From an uncultured Alphaproteobacteria bacterium (lineage in GTDB: Bacteria > Pseudomonadota > Alphaproteobacteria > Rhizobiales > Beijerinckiaceae), in NCBI GenBank assembly GCA_963798015.1, contig CAWCSA010000025.1, forward strand, positions 43,971-107,970: a stretch of DNA of 64,000 bases, in the 5' to 3' direction. Shown piece by piece: positions 45,907 to 55,375 of this stretch (positions within the stretch are counted from its first letter, which is position 1; the number at the start of each line of letters is the position of its first letter). The notes under the pieces are model-generated. The model was not told the origin of the DNA. It made no database searches and saw only the letters and a program-made list of their open reading frames with translations. The translations under genes were made by a program, and so were the position numbers.

Positions 45907-47312
45907 ATGAGTTCGGCTCAGACCGAAGCTCTTCGTGAGGGCTTCAATCCCGATCTTTTCCTCACTGATCCCGACCTGACGGCTTCGTATGCGCGGGATC
46001 GGACCGGGAGCTACTTCGGAGTCCCGCTCGCCGTAGCGCGCCCGCGTACGACAGAGGAGGTCGCCGCGCTCATGGTCCGCTGCGCCGAACTCAGCCTCCG
46101 TGCAGTGCCGCAGGGAGGGCTCACCGGCCTGGTCGGGGCGGCGGTCTCCGACGCGAACGAACCCGAGATCGTCGTTCTGCTCGACCGCATGAACTCGGTG
46201 CGCTCGGTCGACCCGGTCGGCTACGCCATGGTCGTGGAGGCGGGCTGCGTCCTCGAGGTCGCCAAGCAGGCGGCCGACGCCGAGGAATGCCTGCTGCCGA
46301 TAACCTTCGGCTCGCAGGGCTCCGCTCGGATCGGTGGCAATGTCTCCACGAATGCGGGCGGCTTCAATGTTCTACGCTATGGCATGACGCGTGACCTCGT
46401 GCTCGGCCTCGAGGTCGTGCTGCCGGACGGGCGGATCTGGAACGGCCTCCGGACCCTGCGCAAGGACAATCGCGGTTACGACCTGAAGCAGCTCTTCATC
46501 GGGGCCGAAGGTACGCTGGGTATTGTGACCGCAGCCGCGCTAAAGCTGTTTCCCAAGCCGACCCAAGTCGAGACAGCGTTGCTAGGGCTAAGGTCCGTTG
46601 GCGACGTGATGGCCTTCTATGCGAAGGCCCGCCGGAGTTGCAGCGACCTTCTCTCCGCCTTCGAGTTGATCCTGCGCGACGGGCTTGTGCTTGGCCTCAC
46701 CCACCGAACCGACCTGACCGACCCGCTCGATCAGCCGTGCCCGGTCTACGTTCTGATGGAGGTCTCTGCCGGAGGGACGATTGACCTTCGTCATGTGCTG
46801 GAAGCCTGTCTAGAGGACGCTGCGAAACTGATCGTGGACGGGACGATCGCCGCGAGCAAGGCGCAGGCCGAGCGCCTATGGCTTTACCGGGAGGCGATGG
46901 TCGAAGCTCAGAGCCGGGGGGCGCCTACTATCGGACAGATGTGTCCGTGCCTATCGCCTCGATCCCAGCCTTTCTCGATGTTGCGCTGGCCGAGCTTGCC
47001 CTCTCGCTCCCCGAGGGCCGGCCCATCACCTATGGCCACGTCGGCGACGGCAACATCCACCTCAATGTCGTGCCCCCTCCGCATTGGTCGAAGGAGGAGC
47101 GATATGTGTTGTTCGAACGGGCGGAGACGGTGATCTTCGGGACGGTCGACCGGTTCGGTGGCAGCATCAGCGCCGAACACGGCATCGGGCGGTCAAAGAA
47201 GCGCGCTTTTCTCGAACGCGTCGATCCCGTGACGCTCGACCTCTTCCGGAAGATCAAGCGCGCCCTTGATGCAGACAATCGCCTTAGCCCGGGACGCATA
47301 TTCGACCTTTGA
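45907..47312 (+). pseudogene. FAD-linked oxidase (GlcD/D-lactate dehydrogenase-like), frame broken at a G6 run
   Basis: From ATG 45907 (RBS ggaagg). FAD-binding PCMH domain (VPQGGLTGLVGAAV). The frame changes at 46916-46921. With G7 the junction reads EAQSRGGAYYRTDVSVP and continues to ...HGIGRSKK...RIFDL. Confidence 0.8.
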
Positions 47313-47411
47313 CAAACAGCTCAGCCCTTGGCGTTCATTAAGCTCTGAGAGGGGTTCGCTTGAGGATTGACCTGCCCGCGACAGCGCACAGCTGAGATAG
47401 CCGCGACAAGA

Positions 47412-48461
47412 TCAACGGATGCGGTCGCCGGAGTCCTTGTCGAATATATGAATGCTCGTATCAACGAAATCGACGCCGATCGGGGCGCCATCCCGGCGAT
47501 CGAAGGATTTGTCCGCCTTGACCGTGATCGTTCCGCCGGCGACCCGGCAGGTGACCAAAGCGTGATCGCCCATAAGCTCGGTCGTGTAGACCTCGCCGAC
47601 GATCTTGCCTGCATTCGGCTCTGTGACCTTGCAATCCTCCGAACGCACGCCCGCGACCGCGCGCGGTTGCGAACGCCGCGTCTCGGTCCCGAAACTCCCG
47701 ATGGGTCCAGAGAAGCGGCCTTCGGCAAGTTCGCCATCCATGAAATTCATCGGCGGCGATCCGATGAAACCGGCGACGAAGAGATTGGCCGGCGCGTTGT
47801 ACATGTTGGCCGGCGTATCGAGCTGCTGCAGCACGCCTTTCTCGAGCAAAGCCACGCGATGGGCCAGCGTCATCGCCTCGATCTGGTCGTGCGTCACATA
47901 GAGGGTGGTGATGCCGAGCTGATGTTGCATGTGCTTGAGCTCGGCGCGCATGTAGCCGCGCAGTTTGGCGTCGAGATTGGATAAAGGCTCGTCCATCAGG
48001 AACGCCGCGGGGCGACGGATCATGGCGCGAGCGAGCGCCACGCGCTGGCGCTGGCCGCCCGATAGCTGCCGAGGGTAGCGTTCGAGCAGCGTATCGAGTT
48101 GCACCTGCCGCGCGACGTCCTTGACCGCCGCTTCGACTTCAGTTTTCGGCTGGCCGCGCACTGTCAGCGGATAGGCGATGTTGGCGAACACGGTCATATG
48201 CGGGTAGAGCGCATAGGACTGGAAAACCATCGCGACGTCGCGATACTTCGGCAACACGTTGGTGACGTCGCGATCGCCGATGCGGATTGAGCCGGAGGAA
48301 ACTTTTTCGAGGCCGGCGATCATGCGCAGCGCCGTCGTCTTGCCTGACCCCGACGCGCCGAGCAGGACGAGGAACTCTCCGTCCTGAACTTCGAGGTCCA
48401 GTCCCTTGACCACCTCGACCGACCCAAAAGACTTGTAGATATTCTCGAGCCTCACCCGCAT
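47412..48461 (-). CDS. Sugar ABC transporter ATP-binding protein (MalK/UgpC-like)
   Basis: From ATG 48461. GASGSGKTT, LSGGQRQR, plus a C-terminal regulatory/TOBE-like domain. Confidence 0.9.
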   Translation of the reverse strand: MRVRLENIYKSFGSVEVVKGLDLEVQDGEFLVLLGASGSGKTTALRMIAGLEKVSSGSIRIGDRDVTNVLPKYRDVAMVFQSYALYPHMTVFANIAYPLTVRGQPKTEVEAAVKDVARQVQLDTLLERYPRQLSGGQRQRVALARAMIRRPAAFLMDEPLSNLDAKLRGYMRAELKHMQHQLGITTLYVTHDQIEAMTLAHRVALLEKGVLQQLDTPANMYNAPANLFVAGFIGSPPMNFMDGELAEGRFSGPIGSFGTETRRSQPRAVAGVRSEDCKVTEPNAGKIVGEVYTTELMGDHALVTCRVAGGTITVKADKSFDRRDGAPIGVDFVDTSIHIFDKDSGDRIR

Positions 48462-48466
48462 CCGCG

Positions 48467-49489
48467 CTATCCCTTGACCGCGCCGACGAGCACACCCCGC
48501 GCAATATGCTTCTGAAGGAAGGCGGCGATGACGATCACGGGGGCGATCATGATGACGATCAGCACCGACATGTTCCACCATTGCGGCCCGCGGGTGGTGT
48601 TTTGCGCCGCAACCATCACCGGCATGGTCTGAGCATTCGCATTGGTGAGGAAAAGCGCGAGCAGGAACTCGTTCCAGGCCAGGATGAAGACGAGCATGAA
48701 GGTCGCGGCGAGGCCAGAGCGCACGAGCGGCAGCGCTATCGTGAAGAACACCCGGAACTTCGAAGCGCCGTCGATCTCCGCGCTTTCCTCGAGGTCGAGC
48801 GGCACGCCGGCGAAGAAGTCGCGCGTCAGCCAGACGACGATCGGCAGGTTGACCCCGGTATAGGTCGCAATCAGCGCGAATTGGGTGTCGAGCAACCGGA
48901 GATGCTGGAACATCACATAGATCGGCAGCACGGCGACGATCGGCGGCATAATCCGGTTCGAGATCATCCAGAACTCGATATCGTTGTTGCCGACCGCGGC
49001 CTTGAAGCGACGAACAAATGTGCCAAGCGCAAGCAGGAAGAGCGCGATCGCGATCGCGAGTGCGGCTTGCCAGGACACATGCAGGGCCGCGACCGCGACG
49101 ATCACCGCGATCAGGAGCGCAAGGAAAGTCACGATCGCAGCGAGCTTGACCTCAAAACGAATGCGCACCAGGGCGTAGGCCGCGAGCGCCCCAATGATGA
49201 GCGCGAGCACCGTGCTCGCGAGCGTCACCACGATCGAGTTGAGGTAGGGCCCGAGTGTGTTGTTCTGCAACAGCATGAAGTTCCAGGCGCCAAGCGTCGG
49301 CTTGAAGTCGACGAACGGAATGTAGAAGGGGCCGCTGTCGACCTGGACCTCGATCTTGAACGAGGTCACAAACACCCAGTAGAGAGGAAAGAGGACGACC
49401 AGCGTCCATAAGCCGAGGGCGGCGTAAACCAGGATCTTCGTCGGCGCTGACATCTCCTCGAGGCTTTTCGCCTCGAACAGACGGTGCAT
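48467..49489 (-). CDS. Carbohydrate ABC transporter permease (MalG-like)
   Basis: Polytopic with EAA loop ESAEIDGASKFRVFFTIALP. Start uncertain (49489 or 49453). Confidence 0.85.
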   Translation of the reverse strand: MHRLFEAKSLEEMSAPTKILVYAALGLWTLVVLFPLYWVFVTSFKIEVQVDSGPFYIPFVDFKPTLGAWNFMLLQNNTLGPYLNSIVVTLASTVLALIIGALAAYALVRIRFEVKLAAIVTFLALLIAVIVAVAALHVSWQAALAIAIALFLLALGTFVRRFKAAVGNNDIEFWMISNRIMPPIVAVLPIYVMFQHLRLLDTQFALIATYTGVNLPIVVWLTRDFFAGVPLDLEESAEIDGASKFRVFFTIALPLVRSGLAATFMLVFILAWNEFLLALFLTNANAQTMPVMVAAQNTTRGPQWWNMSVLIVIMIAPVIVIAAFLQKHIARGVLVGAVKG

Positions 49490-49515
49490 GAGGCCGCGGG
49501 ACTGGACGGCGTCGC

Positions 49516-50649
49516 TCACTGATATCTCCGCGTCCAGCGGACCACATAGTTGAAGAACGACACGCAAGTGATCGTGGAAACAAACAAGAGCAGATAGCCG
49601 ATCGCCGCGGAGGCGCCGAGGTCCTGAGTCCGCCAGGCGATGAAGGAATGCAGGGTCATCAATTCGGTCGCAAGGCCAGGCCCGCCCGCGGTCAAAACGT
49701 TAGGGATGTCGATGATCTTGAACGCCTCGATCAGCCGAATGAGGACCACGGTCGCCGCGATCGGCGCGACCGCAGGCCAGGTGATGTCGCGGAAGATCTG
49801 GAAACTGCTCGCCCCATCGAGCCGGGCCGCCTCAAGCTGGTCGCGCGGCTGGTTCTCGATCGCGGCAAGCAGCACGATGAACATGAACGGCGTCCACTGC
49901 CAGGTGTCGCCGATCAGCACCATGAGGCGCGCCGACCAGGCGTGGTCCGCCCAGGACCACGCCCCGAGGCCGACCGCCGCGCTCAAGGGCGCGAGCGGCC
50001 CCTTCTGCATGTCGGCGAGCATACGGAACATGTAGGCGACGCCGACGGGCGTCACCATCATCGGAACGAAAAAGACAACCCGAAAGAAGCTGCGTCCGCG
50101 GATCGGCTGGGCGCAGAGGAGCGCCAGCCCGAGGCCGATTGCGAATTGCGCCGTGACGCCGAAAAGGACGTAGAGGCAAGTCGTGAGCAACGTGCCCTGA
50201 TAAGCTTTCGCAGGCAGCGTCGCGAGCAGCGCCAGCACGAGGCCGGTCGCAAGCGCAATGGAGATGAGCCGGCCAATGAAGCCAGACACGGTGAATTCCG
50301 TCCTGACGTAACGGGCCAGCCAATAGAGGACGGCCGCTGCGTAGACGGCAAAGGCGATCCAGCCGGACGTCTCGATCGGCTTCAACGTGCCGATGAGATG
50401 ATATTGTTGAGCCCCGAACAGCAGGCGTTTGTAGTTATAGAGGCCGATGAAGGTCAGCGTGAAGCTGCCGCCCGCCAAAGCAAAGCGGCAAAGCGACAGA
50501 TAGATCGAAACGATCAGCGGGAAGATCGCAAAGCAGAGGAGGATGATCACCGCCGGCAGCACCATGATGCGGCCGGAATGGCGGTCAATCCATTCGTCGC
50601 GGGTCTCGCGCGCTTGAACTTCGGTCGGCGCTACCTGAGCTAGGGTCAT
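49516..50649 (-). CDS. Carbohydrate ABC transporter permease (MalF-like)
   Basis: 377 aa. EAARLDGASSFQIFRDITWP. Confidence 0.85.
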   Translation of the reverse strand: MTLAQVAPTEVQARETRDEWIDRHSGRIMVLPAVIILLCFAIFPLIVSIYLSLCRFALAGGSFTLTFIGLYNYKRLLFGAQQYHLIGTLKPIETSGWIAFAVYAAAVLYWLARYVRTEFTVSGFIGRLISIALATGLVLALLATLPAKAYQGTLLTTCLYVLFGVTAQFAIGLGLALLCAQPIRGRSFFRVVFFVPMMVTPVGVAYMFRMLADMQKGPLAPLSAAVGLGAWSWADHAWSARLMVLIGDTWQWTPFMFIVLLAAIENQPRDQLEAARLDGASSFQIFRDITWPAVAPIAATVVLIRLIEAFKIIDIPNVLTAGGPGLATELMTLHSFIAWRTQDLGASAAIGYLLLFVSTITCVSFFNYVVRWTRRYQ

Positions 50650-50719
50650 TTGTCCTTAAGACGTTTCCGGCTCTCGGCGCGCTGGTCTTGCTCACAATGC
50701 GGTTTACGATGGACAGCGA

Positions 50720-50749
50720 CTTCCCGGCGCGCCGCGACGCGCCGGGAAG
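50720..50749 (-). promoter_or_regulatory. Intercistronic 12-bp perfect stem-loop between the SBP and permease genes
   Basis: cttcccggcgcg-ccgcga-cgcgccgggaag, between the SBP stop (50762) and the permease start (50649). Confidence 0.5.
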
Positions 50750-50761
50750 GAAGCCCTGGCG

Positions 50762-52234
50762 TCAGCGCTGCACGCCGAGCGAGCCCTTGTAGAACTTGAG
50801 CTGGCTTTCGACGCCGATCTGCTGGTTGAGATCGTTCCAGCCGTCAGCCACGGCCTTGACCGTCTGCTCCTTGTCGATTTCACCGGCCAGATAGCGCGCA
50901 ATCGCCTCGTCGAGCACGACTTGCTGATATTTCTGGTTCTGCGGGATGCGGAGGTCGAGGATCATGTTGGGGCTGTCAAGACTGTCTTTGATCGCGCCGA
51001 GATAGCTGTCCCCCGCCACCTTGCTCATTCCCGCCTTCTTCCAGGTATCATTATACGTGAACTGGGACGTGCGGTACGGATTGAAGCCGGTCGCGCCGAT
51101 GGTCACGTCGATATCCGACTGCGCCGGCTGTGACATATACGACAGGAAAGAATAGGCAGCATCCTTGACCTTTTCTTTGGCCTTGGCGTTGATGCCGCCA
51201 CTCCAGCCGCCGAACGCGGCATAGGGCGAATGGTTGACGCCGTCGATGGCGTGCGGGCAGGTGTCCTTGGTGCAAGCCTCGAGCTTGCCCGTCGACCAGT
51301 TCAGCACTTCCTTCGAGCCGGGCGTGATGACGGAACCGGTCTTGTCAATGACCTTCGAGGCCTTGGGGTCGATCGCCAGCACCCCGACGTCGCCCCAATC
51401 GAGGTTGAGCGCGCACTTGCCGGACACGAACAGCGGACGCGTATCGCTGACGTCCATGTTGAGTTCGTCCGGCGGGCCGTATTTGCCCGATTCCTTCAGG
51501 AACTCGAGCGCCTTGCGGAAGGCCTCGTTGTCGATCAGCGGCTTCATATCCTTGGTGTCGAAGAACGTCCCCTGGCTCGTTCCTTTCGACTGAATCATTG
51601 AGCCGGTGACGTCGGTGATGAACCAATAGCTCTGGGCATTGCGCTTCTTGGCGATGCAGGAGCCGTAGATCTTGGTTCCGTCGACGTCCTTCCCGTTTAG
51701 CGCTTTGGCGACCTCGAGATATTCGTCCCAGGTTTTCGGCGGCTTAAGGCCCGCTTTGTCCAGCACGTCCGTGCGATAATAAAGCATGTGGAAGTCGCCA
51801 TCGAGCGGGACGAGATAGATCTTGCCGTCGTAGGTTGCCGAGAAATTCCGGAAGAACGGGGCGATCTGGTCCCAATCGATCTTCTTGTCCTTGGCGATCC
51901 GCGGCCCCAGTTCCTCAAGATAGCCGCCAGATACATAATCGACCATCCATTGCGGCGCGAACACCGCGGCGTCGACCGAGTTGGTGCCGCTCGCCCAGTC
52001 GGTCAGCACTTTCTGGTACAGGTCGGAGAACGGAACCGCGATGATGTTGATCTTCGCGCCGGTCAGCTTTTCGAATTCGGGGGCGCGCCGCTGCAGCGGC
52101 TCCTGGATCGCGCCGGTTTGCGTCATGATGTTCACCGTGACGCCGTCGAACTCTCCAGCATGCGCGCCAAACGACGAAGCGAGCGCGAACATCGCGCCTG
52201 CGATCGCCGTCGATATGCTCGATATCTTCGCCAT
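50762..52234 (-). CDS. Extracellular solute-binding protein (family 1, sugar type)
   Basis: 490 aa with signal peptide MAKISSISTAIAGAMFALASSFGAHA. Confidence 0.9.
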   Translation of the reverse strand: MAKISSISTAIAGAMFALASSFGAHAGEFDGVTVNIMTQTGAIQEPLQRRAPEFEKLTGAKINIIAVPFSDLYQKVLTDWASGTNSVDAAVFAPQWMVDYVSGGYLEELGPRIAKDKKIDWDQIAPFFRNFSATYDGKIYLVPLDGDFHMLYYRTDVLDKAGLKPPKTWDEYLEVAKALNGKDVDGTKIYGSCIAKKRNAQSYWFITDVTGSMIQSKGTSQGTFFDTKDMKPLIDNEAFRKALEFLKESGKYGPPDELNMDVSDTRPLFVSGKCALNLDWGDVGVLAIDPKASKVIDKTGSVITPGSKEVLNWSTGKLEACTKDTCPHAIDGVNHSPYAAFGGWSGGINAKAKEKVKDAAYSFLSYMSQPAQSDIDVTIGATGFNPYRTSQFTYNDTWKKAGMSKVAGDSYLGAIKDSLDSPNMILDLRIPQNQKYQQVVLDEAIARYLAGEIDKEQTVKAVADGWNDLNQQIGVESQLKFYKGSLGVQR

Positions 52235-52483
52235 CTCAGCTTCCTCCCGATCTCGTCGGCGCCGCGCGCCGCGCTTATCTCTATTTTGCGGGCCATCGAG
52301 CCAGGCCCATGCCTAGGCAGCACCTGTAAGGGCCGTGGGTCAATCGATTGCCGATTGGCGAAAACTATACCGGCGGCTCGCTCGACCCGTCAACGCGCCA
52401 CAAAAGGGCGGCGAGGACCAGGTCGTGGGTTCGGCGCGCCGGAAACCAACGTGCTCGACTCGGGGATTGGGAGGATCGAAATC

Positions 52484-52603
52484 ATGCGGCAGCCGCAGCG
52501 GTTTGCCGTCGCCACGCTCGACGAACTCGTGATTGACCTCATACCGACGCGCGGGGCTGACAAGGGAGCCGAGTCCGCGCGGTTCGGGCTCCCGGACGCC
52601 TGA
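52484..52603 (+). pseudogene. N-terminal fragment (39 codons) of a second PfkB-type kinase
   Basis: RBS gggagg plus ATG. MRQPQRFAVATLDELVIDLIPTRGADKGAESARFGLPDA-stop parallels FDVVAFGELVIDLVPARSAEGESCFALKPGGAP of the kinase at 26437. Confidence 0.5.
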
Positions 52604-53196
52604 CGGCGAACCGCTTCTCGTAGTTTAGGGCTTACTTCCGAAGCCGCGCCGCTGGATAAGCCGTAGACCGGCGCTGCTTCGCTCGCCTCAAACGGTAGGT
52701 AGTGTGCCCCATGCCGCCGAGCTCGGAGGCTTGACAGTTCTTCATCATCAATCTTGATGATGTCGATGTACTCAGAAACTGGAAACGCGTTCCGACGTGG
52801 CAACTTACCCGCAGTCAATCAGGGATCAGCTTAGCCTACACATTCGTGGCGCATCGCGTTGCCCATTGTCATCCACGTTCGGAATGATCACGTGGATCAC
52901 AACACGATTATTGCGTTCTCGTTGGATTAGGCCAGTCTGGACCAAATCAAGGCTTATTGGGATTGCGGATACTTAGACTACGCGCCGCAACCTCCAAACT
53001 CGAATGCGACGGCCAAGCAGAACGCGCCAACCCGCAATGGCGACAATTGACAGCGGCGGGCAAGCGTGCAGTCTAGCCTAGCCTAGTCATTTCACTGATG
53101 CGCCCACCGCCGGTGTCGGCGTTAAACGAAGCGCCTCGAACATGACATTCACGCGACCAGGTCGGTTGCGTCGATTGGGCCTAAGGGGAGGAAAAT

Positions 53197-54297
53197 ATGG
53201 TCGAGTCACAACCGCCGTTCGGGTTGCGGTCTTCTTTGCCGCGCCGCCGCTTTCTCAAGAGCGCGGCGGTGGTTGGCGTCGTTGGGGCCTTCCCGGCGAT
53301 CATCACGCGGCGCGCGCAGGCGGAAGGTAATCCGACTGTCGTCAACTCCATTCGCTCGCTTTCTAATCCGTATCACGCCACCTGGAACAAGGGCGGCGCC
53401 GCGTTCGCGAAGTCGGTTGGCGCCGACTATGTGACTTTGGTCACCGAGGGCAACAGCGAGAAGGGCATAGCGGACATCAAGGCGATTCTCGCGAAGACTG
53501 GTGGCAATTGCGTCATCAACGTCGATCCGAATGACAGTCCTGACGCCCGGCCGATCGTGCAGGCTTGCAAGAACGCGGGCGCCTATGTCGTAACTCAGTG
53601 GAACAAGCCCGCTGATCTGCACCCTTGGGACTTCGATCCCAACTACGTTGCCCACATTTCGTTCAACGGCGTTCCCTACGGCAAGGCGATGGCGGAAACG
53701 CTGATCAAGGTTATGGGGGGCAAAGGCGGAATCGTGGCCCTTGGCGGCATCGAATCGAACGTGCCGGCGATCGAACGTAAGGCCGGGCTTATGGAGGCGC
53801 TCAAGGCCAGTCCGGGGGTCCAACTGCTCGATATGCAGGTAGCCAATTGGTCAGCAACCGAGGCGCTGCAAAAGACGAACGCGTGGCTGACCCAGTACGG
53901 CGATAAAATCGGGGGAATCTGGGCGGCCAACGACGATATGGCGCTTGCCGCTGTTGAGGCCCTGAGGAGCGACGGTCGTGCGGGTAAGGTGCCGGTGACC
54001 GGAATCGACGGCATTCAGCTCTCGGTTGAGGCGATTCTCAAGGGCGAGATGGCGGGAACGGTCGCATGGGATCCGTTCTGGCAAGGCGGCATGGGCCTTT
54101 CAATTGGCTATCATGCGAAGACCGGCGAGTTTGATCCGTCAAAGGAGCCGAAAGACCATCGCGAGTTCTATGGTAAGGGCGTCATTATCACGGCTGACAA
54201 CGCGAAGTCGTTCTATGAGAACAACATCAAGGCTGAGCCCAAACTCGATTGGAACGACATTTGGGGGCGCGTGAGCGGGCAGATCCAGTACAACTAG
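53197..54297 (+). CDS. Sugar ABC transporter substrate-binding protein with Tat-type signal
   Basis: RBS ggggagg. RRRFLKSAAVVGVVGAFP twin-arginine leader. Periplasmic-binding-protein fold. Confidence 0.9.
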   Translation: MVESQPPFGLRSSLPRRRFLKSAAVVGVVGAFPAIITRRAQAEGNPTVVNSIRSLSNPYHATWNKGGAAFAKSVGADYVTLVTEGNSEKGIADIKAILAKTGGNCVINVDPNDSPDARPIVQACKNAGAYVVTQWNKPADLHPWDFDPNYVAHISFNGVPYGKAMAETLIKVMGGKGGIVALGGIESNVPAIERKAGLMEALKASPGVQLLDMQVANWSATEALQKTNAWLTQYGDKIGGIWAANDDMALAAVEALRSDGRAGKVPVTGIDGIQLSVEAILKGEMAGTVAWDPFWQGGMGLSIGYHAKTGEFDPSKEPKDHREFYGKGVIITADNAKSFYENNIKAEPKLDWNDIWGRVSGQIQYN

Positions 54298-54379
54298 CAA
54301 ACTGTCGCGATAAGCGGGCGCGTCCTGTCTCCGCGCCCGCATCCTCCTCCGGACTCACAGATTTGCGGAAGGCGACGCG

Positions 54380-55375
54380 GTGAGTGCGACTCTGAAAGTT
54401 GCGCCAGCCGCGAGCAGAGGAGCGAGACGGAGAGGCCTGCGCGCGGTCGCTTGGGCGCCGGCGATGGTGCTTTTCCTTCTGTGCGTAATCGTCGCCGCCT
54501 TCAACCATAACTTTCTTACCTTCGGAAACTTCGTCCGGATGAGCCAGGATGCAGCGATTCCGCTTGTCCTCGGCCTTGGCGAAACTTTCGTCATCCTGAT
54601 GGGGTCGATCGACTTGTCGGTCGAGGGAATCCTTACGCTCGCCGCCGTGATCCTTTCGATGACGGTCCTCAACGGCATGAACGACAACAATCTCGGCGTG
54701 CTGGCGCTGCTGCTGGTGCTTGCGGTCGGGGCCGCCGTTGGCTTCGCAAACGGCGTTGTTCACGTCCGGCTAAAGGTGCCTTCGTTCATGGCGACGCTCG
54801 GCTCCTGGTTCATCGGCGTGGGGATCGCCAACGCTCTGTTGGGCGGCATGGCTATAAGGATCAACGACCCATGGATACGCGGACTTGCGATCCGGCGAGC
54901 ACTCGGTTTTCCATGGGGTGTATGGTTGGCGCTCGCCTGTCTCGCGGCGGCTTTCGTCATCCAGAACCATACGCGTCTCGGCCGCTATATTTACGCTCTC
55001 GGGGGCGGAGAGGAGCTCGCAGCCCTATCCGGCATTTCCGTCTCCTGGGTTCGTATCATCACGTTCACCCTTGCGGGTGTTTTCTACGCCATCGGCGGAG
55101 TCCTGGCCGCGGCGCAGCTCGGTCTTGGGAACGCACAGATCGGCAACGGTCGCCTCTTCACCACGGTGACAGCCGTCGTCGTCGGCGGAACGTCGCTCTC
55201 CGGGGGAGAGGGCGGCGTGCTGCAGACCTTCGTCGGCGTGCTGATCGTTTCAGTATTGTCGAACGGCATGGTGCTCATGGGCGTTCCACCGAGCGTTCAG
55301 ATCGGGCTTCAGGGCCTCATGATCATCGGGGCTGTGGCGCTGTCAATCGATCGCAAGACGCGGGTCGTGAAATGA
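54380..55375 (+). CDS. Sugar ABC transporter permease
   Basis: 331 aa, GTG start, polytopic. GSIDLSVEG motif. Confidence 0.9.
   Translation: MSATLKVAPAASRGARRRGLRAVAWAPAMVLFLLCVIVAAFNHNFLTFGNFVRMSQDAAIPLVLGLGETFVILMGSIDLSVEGILTLAAVILSMTVLNGMNDNNLGVLALLLVLAVGAAVGFANGVVHVRLKVPSFMATLGSWFIGVGIANALLGGMAIRINDPWIRGLAIRRALGFPWGVWLALACLAAAFVIQNHTRLGRYIYALGGGEELAALSGISVSWVRIITFTLAGVFYAIGGVLAAAQLGLGNAQIGNGRLFTTVTAVVVGGTSLSGGEGGVLQTFVGVLIVSVLSNGMVLMGVPPSVQIGLQGLMIIGAVALSIDRKTRVVK

Noticed and set aside
51788-52483. Upstream 232 codons of the 271-aa plus-strand ORF
   Set aside because: They lie antisense to the solute-binding-protein gene. Only the last 39 codons (52484-52603), which have their own RBS, resemble a real (PfkB) protein.
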